From: Kofleriaceae bacterium
GTDB taxonomy: Bacteria; Myxococcota_A; Polyangia; Haliangiales; Haliangiaceae
Length of the DNA stretch: 64,000 nucleotides
Direction: 5' to 3'
NCBI GenBank assembly: GCA_965215005.1
Contig: CBDCCZ010000004.1
Location: 96,001-160,000, forward strand
The first letter of the stretch is position 1. Each line of letters begins with the position of its first letter. Under the pieces are notes generated by a model, which had not been told where the DNA came from, did not search any database, and saw only the letters and a program-made list of their open reading frames with translations. Shown in pieces: positions 1 to 9,157 of this stretch. The position numbers and the translations under genes are program-made.

Positions 1-1
1 G

Positions 2-478
2 GCGGCGCTGGCGCGCAATGCGGCCGGGCTCGATGACGAGCGCGGCGACACCATCGAGATCCAGACGGTGCGGTTTCATCGACCCGAGCTGCCCGCGGTT
101 GCCGCGGCGACGCCACCGGTGGGATTGCCGCTGCCGCTGCCGCTGCCCATCCTGGCGGCGATTGCCGGCGGCGCGCTGCTGCTTGTTGGTCTCACTGGGT
201 TTCTGCTCGTGCGTCGCCGCAAAGCCAAGCGGCGCGGCGGGCAGCGCGGCGAGGTGTTGCCGCTGCCGGCTTCGATCGATGCGGTCGAGCGCGCACTCGA
301 TTCGGATGAGCAGCTAACGCCGCACGAGCGGCTCGCGCAGCTAGCTGGCGGCAAAGAGGCGCTGGGGCTGCCTGGAGCCACCTTGCACGAACGCGTGGGC
401 GAGGCGGTCAAGACCGATACCGAGCAAGCGGCGCGCGTGCTCGCCGCGTGGCTCACCGAAGGAGGGGAGAAGGCATGA
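2..478 (+). CDS. fliF: Flagellar MS-ring protein FliF, 3' part (gene begins upstream of window)
   Basis: Frame open from base 2: AALARNAAGLDDERGDTIEIQTVRF (FliF G.D..RGD.I motif), a TM segment and C-terminal 'AARVLAAWL'; directly before fliG. Confidence 0.9.
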   Translation, partial: AALARNAAGLDDERGDTIEIQTVRFHRPELPAVAAATPPVGLPLPLPLPILAAIAGGALLLVGLTGFLLVRRRKAKRRGGQRGEVLPLPASIDAVERALDSDEQLTPHERLAQLAGGKEALGLPGATLHERVGEAVKTDTEQAARVLAAWLTEGGEKA

Positions 479-1488
479 CGCGAGCAAACCCCGATCTCAC
501 CGGTGCGCAAAAAGCGGCGATGGTGATCCTCGCGCTCGATGAGGAGGTCGCCTCTGCGGTGCTCAAGAACCTCGATGAGGGCGAGCTGCGGCTACTGGCG
601 AAAGCCGTCGAAAAGCTTGATCCGGTGCCTTACGAGTCGCTCAATCCCACTCTCGAAGAGTTCGAGCACAAGCTGCGCTTGCCGTCGCTGGCGCGCGGAG
701 GTCAGCGCTACATTCACAAGCTGGCGGCCAGCGCCATCGGCAAAGAGCGCGCAGATTTGCTGTTCGCGTCGCCCAAACCAAAGATCCTCAGCGCGCTCGA
801 GCGGCTCAAGACCGCCAAAGCGGGCACGCTGGCTGAGCTGCTCAGCGATGAGCATCCGCAAGTGGCCGCGGTCATCATCTCGCAGCTGCCTGCGGAGCAG
901 GCCGCGAAGGTGCTACTCGCGATGGAGGAAGATCGCCAAACCGATCTCATCGGGCGCATGGTCAGTCTCGAAGAGATTCCCGCTGAGGCGCTCGAGGTTG
1001 CGTCGGAAACGCTGCTGCGCGCGCTTCGCGATGCCGGTGGAGTCGACGCTGGCGGCGGTCGTGAGTTCGACGGCGTGGCGTTCACCGCGGCGCTCTTTAA
1101 CGAATTGCCCAAAGAAGAGGCCGACCGGCTGCTCGAAGACATCGAAGACTCTGATCCAGAGGTGGCGCCTAAGATTCGCGAGGCGATGTTCACCTTCGAA
1201 GACCTCGGCGGAATGGACACCAGGTCGCTACAGACGCTCATGCGCGAGGTCTCGAGCGATCAGCTGCTCATCGCGCTCAAGACCGCGGGCGAGGTGATGC
1301 GCGAGAAGTTCTTTGGCGCGATTTCTCAGCGAGCGGCGGCAACCATGCGCGAGGATCTCGAGTTGATGCCGCCCAAGCGGCTCTCGGAGGTAGAGGCGGC
1401 GCAGCGCGAGATCGTCGAGATCGCGATGCGGCTCGCGGGCGAGGGCCAGGTCGTGCTTCCCGGTGGCTCGGGCGAGGAGATGGTGTGA
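475..1488 (+). CDS. fliG: Flagellar motor switch protein FliG
   Basis: LTGAQKAA, EHPQ, MFTFEDL and SQRAA...EVEAAQREIV motifs; ATG at 475 overlaps fliF stop. Confidence 0.97.
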   Translation: MTRANPDLTGAQKAAMVILALDEEVASAVLKNLDEGELRLLAKAVEKLDPVPYESLNPTLEEFEHKLRLPSLARGGQRYIHKLAASAIGKERADLLFASPKPKILSALERLKTAKAGTLAELLSDEHPQVAAVIISQLPAEQAAKVLLAMEEDRQTDLIGRMVSLEEIPAEALEVASETLLRALRDAGGVDAGGGREFDGVAFTAALFNELPKEEADRLLEDIEDSDPEVAPKIREAMFTFEDLGGMDTRSLQTLMREVSSDQLLIALKTAGEVMREKFFGAISQRAAATMREDLELMPPKRLSEVEAAQREIVEIAMRLAGEGQVVLPGGSGEEMV

Positions 1489-2159
1489 AGATCGAGTCGC
1501 TGTTCGAACGGCTCTCGGCTGCGGCGACCGAGCAGCGGCCGCGAGCGCTACACGAGACGGTGTCGGCATTGCTGCCGGCGCAGAGCGAACCACTGCGGCC
1601 GCTGTTCACCCTTCCAGTGGTGGGGCCGAGCGAGGCTGACCTCGAGGCGCTCGAAGGACAACGCTTGGCGCTGGAGGCCCGACGCGGTGAAATCGAGCGC
1701 GCGCACCTCGAGGCAGTGGAGAGCGAGCAGCAAGCGCTGCGCGCGAAGTACGCGGCGGCCATCGAATCACTCGAGCAGGCCGCCGCGGGGATGCATCGAC
1801 TGCTCGCTGAGGAGGTGGTGGACCTGGCGTTGGAAGTGACGCGGGCGCTTCTCGGCAAGGAGCTCAGCGCCGATCGCGGCCTGGTGACGGAGGCGGTGGA
1901 GAAGGCGCTCGATGCGGTGTCGCCGGGTGAAATGTGTGTGGTCAAGCTGCATCCTGCTGATCACGCCTATGTCGCGGAGCATCGCCCCGAGCTCAGCGGC
2001 GCTGAGGTTCGCCTCGTCGCTGATGGAGCGATGGAAGTTGGCGGCTTCGTGCTCGAGTCGGCCAAGCGTTCCGTGGACGCGACCGCGTCCAAACGGATCG
2101 CGGCGGTGCGCGAGGCGCTCGTTGCAATGGTGAGCGATGAGCAAAAGGAGCCGGTTTGA
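1485..2159 (+). CDS. fliH: Flagellar assembly protein FliH
   Basis: Between fliG and fliI; 'VVKLHPAD' and 'VADGAMEVGGFVLES...VDAT' FliH C-terminal pattern. Confidence 0.85.
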   Translation: MKIESLFERLSAAATEQRPRALHETVSALLPAQSEPLRPLFTLPVVGPSEADLEALEGQRLALEARRGEIERAHLEAVESEQQALRAKYAAAIESLEQAAAGMHRLLAEEVVDLALEVTRALLGKELSADRGLVTEAVEKALDAVSPGEMCVVKLHPADHAYVAEHRPELSGAEVRLVADGAMEVGGFVLESAKRSVDATASKRIAAVREALVAMVSDEQKEPV

Positions 2160-3469
2160 TGGCGCGTGAGCGACGTCGGCAGCGTGTCGAGGATCTCGTC
2201 GCTACGGTTGGCGCGCCGGTCGTGACAGGGCGCGTCGAGCGAGTGGTTGGGTTGGTAGTGGAAGCGTTCGTCCCCGATGCTCGTCTCGGCGACATGATCG
2301 AGGTGCGCGGCACCGGGGGCGTGGCGCCGTGCGAGGTGGTGGGATTTCGCGATCAAGTGGCTCTGGCGATTCCGCTCGGACCGCTGGCTGGCGTGGCACC
2401 GGGCGCGCCTGCTCGAGCGCGGCCTGGAGCCGCCGAGGTCGCGGTAGGACCGGCTCTGCTCGGCCGCGTGGTGGATGCATTCGCGCGTCCCATTGATGGT
2501 TTGGGACCGCTGCACGCCGCCGATCGCGTGCCGGTGGATCCACCGGCGCCGCCGATTTGTGAACGCGGCCAAGTGGCTGACAAGTTTGCAACCGGGGTGC
2601 GGGTGATCGATGGCCTGCTCACCTGCGGCCGCGGCCAGCGCGTTGGCATCTTTGCCGGTGCGGGCGTGGGCAAGAGCGTGTTGACCGAGCAAATCGCGAC
2701 CCAGAGCTTTGCCGACGTGGTGGTCGTGGGGTTGGTCGGCGAACGTGGGCGCGAGGTGCGTGAGCTGATGCGTTCATCGCGGCGCGACACCATGGTCATG
2801 GTCGCGGCGACCTCGGATCGGTCGCCGATGGAGCGAGCCCGCGGTGCGCGCACCGCCACTGCCGTTGCCGAGTACTTTCGCGATCGCGGCAAGAGCGTGC
2901 TGCTGGTGATCGATTCGCTCACCCGCTACGCCATGGCGATGCGCGAGATCGGTTTGGCAGTCGGCGAGCCGCCAGCGACCAAAGGATATCCGCCAAGCGT
3001 GTTTGCAGCGCTGCCTCGGCTTCTCGAGCGGGTTTGCCCGATGAATCACGGAGGCTCGATTACTGGCTTCTATACGGTGCTCGTCGAGGGCGATGATTTG
3101 TCCGACCCGGTGGCGGACTCGGCGCGCTCGCTACTAGACGCGCACATCGTGCTGTCTCGGGCGCTGGCTGGGCGCGGTCAATTTCCCGCGGTCGACGTGC
3201 TCAGCAGCGCTTCGCGCGTGGCTCGGCAGGTGAGCGAGCCCGCGGCTATCGAGCTGATGCAGCGGGCGCGTGCGGTGCTCGATCAGCGCGGCGCCGTGCT
3301 CGAGCTGCAGAGTCTTGGTGCGTATCAAGCCGGCACCAATAAAGCGCACGATGAAGCGTTGGCGGTTGGGGCGCGGCTGGATGCGTGGGCGCGGCAGTCG
3401 CCGCATGAGCGTGTGGAGTATGGCGCAACGGTGAAGGCGCTGGGCGAAGCCTTGGGCGGTGCGCGATGA
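2159..3469 (+). CDS. fliI: Flagellar export ATPase FliI
   Basis: Walker A GAGVGKS, GERGREV, LLVIDSLTRYA, GEPPATKGYPPSVF. Confidence 0.96.
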   Translation: MARERRRQRVEDLVATVGAPVVTGRVERVVGLVVEAFVPDARLGDMIEVRGTGGVAPCEVVGFRDQVALAIPLGPLAGVAPGAPARARPGAAEVAVGPALLGRVVDAFARPIDGLGPLHAADRVPVDPPAPPICERGQVADKFATGVRVIDGLLTCGRGQRVGIFAGAGVGKSVLTEQIATQSFADVVVVGLVGERGREVRELMRSSRRDTMVMVAATSDRSPMERARGARTATAVAEYFRDRGKSVLLVIDSLTRYAMAMREIGLAVGEPPATKGYPPSVFAALPRLLERVCPMNHGGSITGFYTVLVEGDDLSDPVADSARSLLDAHIVLSRALAGRGQFPAVDVLSSASRVARQVSEPAAIELMQRARAVLDQRGAVLELQSLGAYQAGTNKAHDEALAVGARLDAWARQSPHERVEYGATVKALGEALGGAR

Positions 3470-3903
3470 AGCTCGGCACGTTGCAACGGTTGCAGCGGGC
3501 GCGCAAGCAGCTACGAGATGTGGCAGCGGCGCGCGCGGGACAAGCGGCGGTGGTGGTGAGTGAGGCGCGGGCCGCACGCACCGATGCCGAGGAAGCGCTG
3601 CGGCAAGCGCATCGTGCGGCCGAAGGGCAGCTGCTCGCGGCCAATGGCGTGCTGGCTCTGGAGCGCGTGGCAATGGATTTGGGCAGCGCGAAGGTGGTCG
3701 TTCGTCGAGCCGAGGAGCAGGCAGCGCATGCGGCGGCAGCGGAGCGGGCGCGGCGCAAAGAGCTGCAGCGGGCGGAGCGATCGCTACGGCAGTCAGATGA
3801 GCTGTGTGAGCGCGAGAAGCAGGCGCAGAGCCAGCGGGTGGCCAAGCATGAGCAGCGTGTCGCCGATGACTTGGCGGCGACGCGGTTTCGGAGGTTTGAA
3901 TGA
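3466..3903 (+). CDS. fliJ: Flagellar export protein FliJ
   Basis: 145-aa coiled-coil directly after fliI, ending EQRVADDLA. Confidence 0.75.
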   Translation: MKLGTLQRLQRARKQLRDVAAARAGQAAVVVSEARAARTDAEEALRQAHRAAEGQLLAANGVLALERVAMDLGSAKVVVRRAEEQAAHAAAAERARRKELQRAERSLRQSDELCEREKQAQSQRVAKHEQRVADDLAATRFRRFE

Positions 3904-5741
3904 GCGATATGATTGGTGGCTTTCCTGGGAACGGCGGCGCAGTGGAGCGAACGCGGAGCGCTGAGCTCGGCGAGACCTCGTCGCTTGGGCGGGCGGCGTT
4001 TGCGCGGGCGCTGGCGGTCGAAGGGCAGCGGCAGGAAGAGCAGCAGCCCGAGGGACAGCGGCAGGAGGGGCAGCAGGTGGCGGCCGCGGAGTGGCAAAGC
4101 CCGCTGGACGAGAGCGGGTGGCCGCGGTCGCAGGCGATGGCGCCGTCGGAGGCGGAGAAAGGCGCGAAAAAGCCGTTGCCGGGCCGCTCCACGCAGGATA
4201 GTGGCGTTGCGCTGTTCGCGGCTCTCGCTGCAGCCGCACAAGCGGCAGCGGCGGGCGCGACGCAAGCGGCGAGCACGACGCAAGCGGCGAGCGCGACGGC
4301 CGAAGCTGGCGAATCCGCCACGGCAGGAGGCGCGCCGATCGCAGCGGAAGCTGCGCAAGGAGCAAGTATCGAGGCACTGGCGGCTGCGCCGAGCGAAGCG
4401 GCTCGGTCGCAAGGAACAATGGTGGCTGCGCCGAGCGAAGCGGCTCGGTCGCAAGGAGCGATGGCGGCAGCGCCGAGCGAAGCGGCTCGGTCGCAAGGAA
4501 CAATGGTGGCTGCGCCGAGCGAAGCGGCTCGGTCGCAAGGAACAATGGTGGCTGCGCCGAGCGAAGCGGCTCAGGCGCAAGTGAAGATGGCGGCAGCGCC
4601 GAGCGAAGCATCGAAGGCACAAGGAGCAATGGCGGCAGCGCCGAGCGAAGCGGCTCAGGCGCAAGTGAAGATGGCGGCAGCGCCGAGCGAAGCATCTAAA
4701 GTGCAACGCGAGGCCTCCGCTCCTTCGGGTGAGGTCGTTAACGCGGAGCTCGAGGCCGCTACGGAGCAGGCGGTTGAGCGCTCCCAGCTGCAAACGATGG
4801 AGCGTCGCGCAGACACGCCTGCGCCTATCGGAGTACGCGCCGAACAGGTAGCCAGTGCAGCGCCGGCGGCAGTCGAGAATGCTACGGGCGACGCAGCAGC
4901 GCGTACCTCAGCGAAGGCCGCGCCGCTGGCACCACAGGATGCTCGCCGCGCTTCGAGCCACTCCGCGCCAGCGACTGCTGCCGCTCAGCAGCGCGCAGAG
5001 GAGTTGCCGGGTGCGCCGTCGAGCGTCAGCGGTGGCTCGCCAGCGGGCGACGCGGAGCAACCCCTACTCCAGAGCGAATCAGACCAAGCTCAAACGTTGC
5101 AGGCGGAGGCGCTCGTGGCCGAGGCGACGGAGCAGCCGCGGATCATCGCGTCCACTGGCCCATCCGCTACCGGACTCAGTGGCCAAGCGAGCACGGCATT
5201 CAGTGGCGCCGAAGCGGCTCCTGCGCGTTCGCTCACCTCCGCATTGGCCGACACCGGGGAGGCTTCCCAGCTCGAGTCGCCATTGGTGGCAGCGGACGAC
5301 GGTGAGCTCGAGCAATTGCGGCACGGCAGTATCAATGGCTCGTCGGCGCGCATCGTGGTCGGTGAAGGAGATGACCGCGTCGCGGTGACGGTGCGCGTTC
5401 GCGGCGACGGCGTCACCGTCGATGCGCAGCTCGCCGACGCCGATGCCGCCACCGGGCTCCGACATCATGCGCGAGAACTGGCGGCCGCGCTCGAGCGTCA
5501 CGGCCTGAGCCTGGCGCAGTTTCGCGCCGAGGGTGATGGCGCCGGACCCGGCAGCGCTGAGCGCACCGGCAATAGCGCCGACGCCCATACCGGCACTGCC
5601 CATCGCGGCGATGGGCGTGGCGACGATTCCCGCGGGCGAGGCGCGCAGCAGCGCAGCGGCGGGCAATTCTTCAAAGACAGCGAGACCGGCGCGATCGAGC
5701 GCTCGGCCGCCAACCCGCGCGGTGTGCGCGTAATTGCGTGA
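3900..5741 (+). CDS. fliK: Hook-length control protein FliK
   Basis: Between fliJ and flgD; long Ala/Ser/Glu low-complexity region, then a T3S4-like C-terminal domain (VAVTVRVRGDGVTV...LAAALERHGLSL). Confidence 0.8.
   Translation: MSDMIGGFPGNGGAVERTRSAELGETSSLGRAAFARALAVEGQRQEEQQPEGQRQEGQQVAAAEWQSPLDESGWPRSQAMAPSEAEKGAKKPLPGRSTQDSGVALFAALAAAAQAAAAGATQAASTTQAASATAEAGESATAGGAPIAAEAAQGASIEALAAAPSEAARSQGTMVAAPSEAARSQGAMAAAPSEAARSQGTMVAAPSEAARSQGTMVAAPSEAAQAQVKMAAAPSEASKAQGAMAAAPSEAAQAQVKMAAAPSEASKVQREASAPSGEVVNAELEAATEQAVERSQLQTMERRADTPAPIGVRAEQVASAAPAAVENATGDAAARTSAKAAPLAPQDARRASSHSAPATAAAQQRAEELPGAPSSVSGGSPAGDAEQPLLQSESDQAQTLQAEALVAEATEQPRIIASTGPSATGLSGQASTAFSGAEAAPARSLTSALADTGEASQLESPLVAADDGELEQLRHGSINGSSARIVVGEGDDRVAVTVRVRGDGVTVDAQLADADAATGLRHHARELAAALERHGLSLAQFRAEGDGAGPGSAERTGNSADAHTGTAHRGDGRGDDSRGRGAQQRSGGQFFKDSETGAIERSAANPRGVRVIA
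4380..4715 (+). repeat. Eight tandem 42-bp (14-aa) repeats inside fliK, consensus (A/V)AAPSEAARSQG(T/A)M
   Basis: Core gcgccgagcgaagc recurs every 42 bp. Confidence 0.95.
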
Positions 5742-5753
5742 AAGGAGCAGGCG

Positions 5754-6407
5754 ATGCGAATCGAGGGAATCACGGATATTGGCGGGGCGGCGCAAGCCGG
5801 AAAAAAAGAGGTGACGCCGGCGAGTGAGTTTCTCACGTTGCTGGTTGCCCAGCTCGAGCAGCAAAACCCACTCGACCCGCAGAGTGGGGCCGAATTCGTC
5901 GCTCAGCTCGCGCAGTTCTCGGCGGTCGAGCAGGGCGCCGAAACCAATCGGCTGCTCGGCGAGCTGCAGCTCGCGCAGGCGGCTAGCAGCCATACCGCGT
6001 TGGCCTCGTTCGTCGGCAAAGAGGCGAGCGTTAGCGCCGAAGGCTTCGAGTTGCGCAAAGCAGGCGGCGGTGTTCCGCCGCTGTCGGTCGAGCTGCCGGG
6101 CCCCGCGGCCGAGGTCTCGGTCAACGTGTTGGATGCGGCGGGTAACGTCGTTCGCAGTATTGAGCTCGGGCCGCAGGCGGGGCCCACGCTCGAGGTTCCT
6201 TGGGATGGCACCAACGCGCAGGGGATGCCGCTCGACGATGGCATGTATCGAGTCGAGGTTATCGCTCGAGATGCCGATGACCAAACCATGGACGCCCGCG
6301 CGCTGATGCGCGGCGTCATCGACGGAATTGATTTCTCGGCTGGCGGCGCGCGGCTGCGCATCGGCGGGGCTGCGTTTGCGCCCGGCGACGTGTCGTCCAT
6401 CGGCTAA
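5754..6407 (+). CDS. flgD: Hook capping protein FlgD
   Basis: FLTLLVAQLEQQNPLDP, QLAQFS, WDG...G...DGMY. Confidence 0.95.
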   Translation: MRIEGITDIGGAAQAGKKEVTPASEFLTLLVAQLEQQNPLDPQSGAEFVAQLAQFSAVEQGAETNRLLGELQLAQAASSHTALASFVGKEASVSAEGFELRKAGGGVPPLSVELPGPAAEVSVNVLDAAGNVVRSIELGPQAGPTLEVPWDGTNAQGMPLDDGMYRVEVIARDADDQTMDARALMRGVIDGIDFSAGGARLRIGGAAFAPGDVSSIG

Positions 6408-6429
6408 CCAAAGAGCAAGGAGAGAGAAC

Positions 6430-7713
6430 ATGCCTATCTGGACCAATCTGTACTCGGGAACCAGCGGCCTCGCCGCTCACGGCGATGCCATCAGCGTCGT
6501 CGGCGACAACATCGCCAACGTCTCGACCACCGGCTACCATGCATCGCGCGCGGGCTTCGAAGACGTGCTCGGTGGTCAAATCAACGGCAATCGACTCGGC
6601 GCCGGCACCCGCATGAGCCGCATCGACACCTCGTTTACGCAGGGCTCGCTGCAGTCGACGGGCGGCGTCTTGGACATGGCGATTCGCGGCTCGGGATTCT
6701 TCGTGGTTCGCGGCAACCACAACGGGATCGATGGCCAGTTTTTCAGCCGCGATGGGCGATTTCAGCTCGATGCCGAGGGCAGCTTGGTCAACGGCCAGGG
6801 CCTGAAGGTGCAGGGGTATCTAATCGATCCATCGGGCCGACAAAACACCTCGCCGGCGGATCTCAACCTCGGTGCAGGTCAGAGCCCACCGCTGCCCACC
6901 AGCGACATCACCATGGCGATCAATCTCGATGCCAACGCCACGCCACCGGCTGCATGGGATCCGGCCAATCCAGGCGATACTTCCAACTTCGCCACCTCCG
7001 CCACCGTGTACGACTCGGTCGGCGCGCCGCACCGCGTGGAGGTGTTCTTTCGCACTAGCGGCGCTGGTGCGTGGGAGTGGCACGCGATGGCGGATGGTGG
7101 CGAGCTCAACGGCGGAACGCCGGGAACTGCCACGGAGATCGCTAGCGGCACCCTTGGCTACACCACCGACGGCGCGCTCGACACCGAGGTCACCGCGGCC
7201 AGCTCCGCCGATTTCCTCAATGCAACGCCCGGCCAAGTCCTCAACTTCGACTTCGGTGACTCGATCACCACCGATGGTGGCACCGGGCTCGCCGGCAGCA
7301 CGCAATTTTCTGGTGACTCGACGGTGACTGCCGTCGAGCAAAATGGCTATGGGTTCGGCTCGCTGGTCGACGTTCAGGTCGCCGACGATGGCACCATCAC
7401 CGGCGTCTTTTCCAACGGTCAGCGCCGCCCGATGGCGCGATTGGCGCTGGCGACGTTTGCGAGCGAAGCGGGTCTGGAGCGCGCAGGAAGCTCGCTCTAT
7501 TCGGAAACCCGCGACTCGGGACAACCGATCGTGGATGCCGCCAGCGAAGGCGGTCGCGGCTCCATCAGCGCAGGCAATCTCGAAGCCTCCAACGTCGATC
7601 TCTCCACCGAGCTCGTCACACTCATCGCCTATCAGCGCGCCTTCCAAGCCAATGTGCGCACCGTGACCACCGCCGACGAGATGCTCAACGAGGTCGCCAA
7701 CCTCAAGCGATAA
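6430..7713 (+). CDS. flgE: Flagellar hook protein FlgE
   Basis: SGL...GDNIANVSTTGY N-terminus; LEASNVDL...LIAYQRAFQAN C-terminus; AGGAG upstream of ATG 6430. Confidence 0.96.
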   Translation: MPIWTNLYSGTSGLAAHGDAISVVGDNIANVSTTGYHASRAGFEDVLGGQINGNRLGAGTRMSRIDTSFTQGSLQSTGGVLDMAIRGSGFFVVRGNHNGIDGQFFSRDGRFQLDAEGSLVNGQGLKVQGYLIDPSGRQNTSPADLNLGAGQSPPLPTSDITMAINLDANATPPAAWDPANPGDTSNFATSATVYDSVGAPHRVEVFFRTSGAGAWEWHAMADGGELNGGTPGTATEIASGTLGYTTDGALDTEVTAASSADFLNATPGQVLNFDFGDSITTDGGTGLAGSTQFSGDSTVTAVEQNGYGFGSLVDVQVADDGTITGVFSNGQRRPMARLALATFASEAGLERAGSSLYSETRDSGQPIVDAASEGGRGSISAGNLEASNVDLSTELVTLIAYQRAFQANVRTVTTADEMLNEVANLKR

Positions 7714-7825
7714 GCTCGTAGGAGCCGTTTTGACGGCTGTCGGCCAATCTGGCGCGGCGTCAATGACGCCAACGCCGCGCCCCCCTTCCTCTCGTTAACC
7801 GCACGTAATCCCGCAGCTCGAGCCC

Positions 7826-7841
7826 TGGTCTGTCCGTTGCA
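7826..7841 (+). promoter_or_regulatory. Putative sigma54 -24/-12 promoter for the fliM operon
   Basis: TGGTCTGTCCGTTGCA (GG-N10-GC with TTGCA) in the 140-bp flgE-fliM gap. Confidence 0.55.
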
Positions 7842-7853
7842 CTAACGGCTTCC

Positions 7854-8834
7854 ATGGCCGAGACGCCACTTGATCCCCAAGAGCTGGAAGCCATCCAGCA
7901 AGCGATTCGCGAGGCCAGTGTCTCGCCGTCGCGGCCAAGCTCTGCGTCTCTCGAAGATGTCACGCCGCTCGCGCTGATCGCCGATGACCGCGCCGCCGAG
8001 CTCGCTCGCCCCGCTGGCCTGCGCATCGGCGAGCGTTGGGCCAATGCAGCGGCGCGCAAGCTCCGGCATCAGGTCCACACCGACCTCGACATCTCTGTGG
8101 TCAACTCGGAGACGGTCGAAGGCGGCGCGGCGCGCGATGAGCTCGCGACGATGTTTTGTTGCACCGTCGAAGCCACCGATCGCGGCGGACGCGCACTGGT
8201 GGCGCTCGGCGGGCCGATGATCGAGTCACTCGCGGCGCGGTTGTGCGGCGCGACGCGCGACGAAGAAGCCAGCGATGACGACGACGAGGACCGCGCGCCA
8301 TCGGCGACGGCTCTGTCGCTGTTTCGGCCAACAGGGGAGAGCTTGGTGGCGGCGTTGGCGACGAGCTGGTCAGAGCTGCAGAACTGCGTCGTCAAAGTCG
8401 ATGTCGATCAGGCGCGAGTGGCGCAGTCGCGGCAGGCGCTCCTCGAGTCGGACCTGCTCGTTGCGGTGACGCTGTCGGTGAGCGGTGGCCTGCGCGGGCG
8501 TATGCGGCTGTTTGCCCAGCCCAAGACGCTCGTGCCGCCAGCGGCACCCATCGAGGCGATTCCGGCGGCGCCAGGTGCGATCGATGATGCTCTGGGCGGA
8601 GTGCCTGTCGAGCTCTCGGTCGAGCTCGGGCGCGCGCGCATCAGCATCCGCGATCTCTCGGCGTTGCAAAAAGGAGCGGTTCTTCCGCTCAGCCAGTTCA
8701 TCGACGACCCGCTGCCGATCACGGTCGGCGGAGTCATTAAGGCCTATGGGCGACCGGTGGTGTATCGCGGCGTGATCGCGGTGGAGGTGGTCTCGGCACC
8801 TTCCCGTGGCAACGCCAAAAGGAGCGCAGCGTGA
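7854..8834 (+). CDS. fliM: Flagellar motor switch protein FliM (divergent)
   Basis: N-terminal LDPQELEAI resembles LSQxEIDAL; C-terminal SpoA domain (VPVELSVELGRARISIRDL); precedes fliN. Confidence 0.8.
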   Translation: MAETPLDPQELEAIQQAIREASVSPSRPSSASLEDVTPLALIADDRAAELARPAGLRIGERWANAAARKLRHQVHTDLDISVVNSETVEGGAARDELATMFCCTVEATDRGGRALVALGGPMIESLAARLCGATRDEEASDDDDEDRAPSATALSLFRPTGESLVAALATSWSELQNCVVKVDVDQARVAQSRQALLESDLLVAVTLSVSGGLRGRMRLFAQPKTLVPPAAPIEAIPAAPGAIDDALGGVPVELSVELGRARISIRDLSALQKGAVLPLSQFIDDPLPITVGGVIKAYGRPVVYRGVIAVEVVSAPSRGNAKRSAA

Positions 8835-9157
8835 GCGACAAAAAACACGACGATGAAAGCGACGACGGCATGGACTCGTTTGCCGATGCGCTGCCGCGGG
8901 CCTCGTTTCAGGAGCTCCTGCACGATGTCCCGCTCGAGATCTCGGTGGAGCTCGGGCGCGCGAGTCTGAACCTGCGCGACCTTGCGTCGCGACTCGGGCC
9001 GGGCTCGGTCATCCCGCTCAACAAGATGGCGGGCGATAAGCTCGAGGTGCGCGTCAACAAGCGCCTCATCGCCCGTGCCGAAGCGGTTGCAGTGGGCGAG
9101 AGGTGCGGCGTGCGCATCGTGGAGATCGTCTCCAGCGGCGAGGCCGATCAGTCATGA
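8831..9157 (+). CDS. fliN: Flagellar motor switch protein FliN
   Basis: LHDVPLEISVELGR...GSVIPLNKMAG...VN..LIA..E...GVRIVEI. Confidence 0.93.
   Translation: MSDKKHDDESDDGMDSFADALPRASFQELLHDVPLEISVELGRASLNLRDLASRLGPGSVIPLNKMAGDKLEVRVNKRLIARAEAVAVGERCGVRIVEIVSSGEADQS

Noticed and set aside
4380..4715. fliK repeats as a CRISPR array
   Set aside because: Contiguous in-frame 42-bp units with no unique spacers, and no cas genes in the window.
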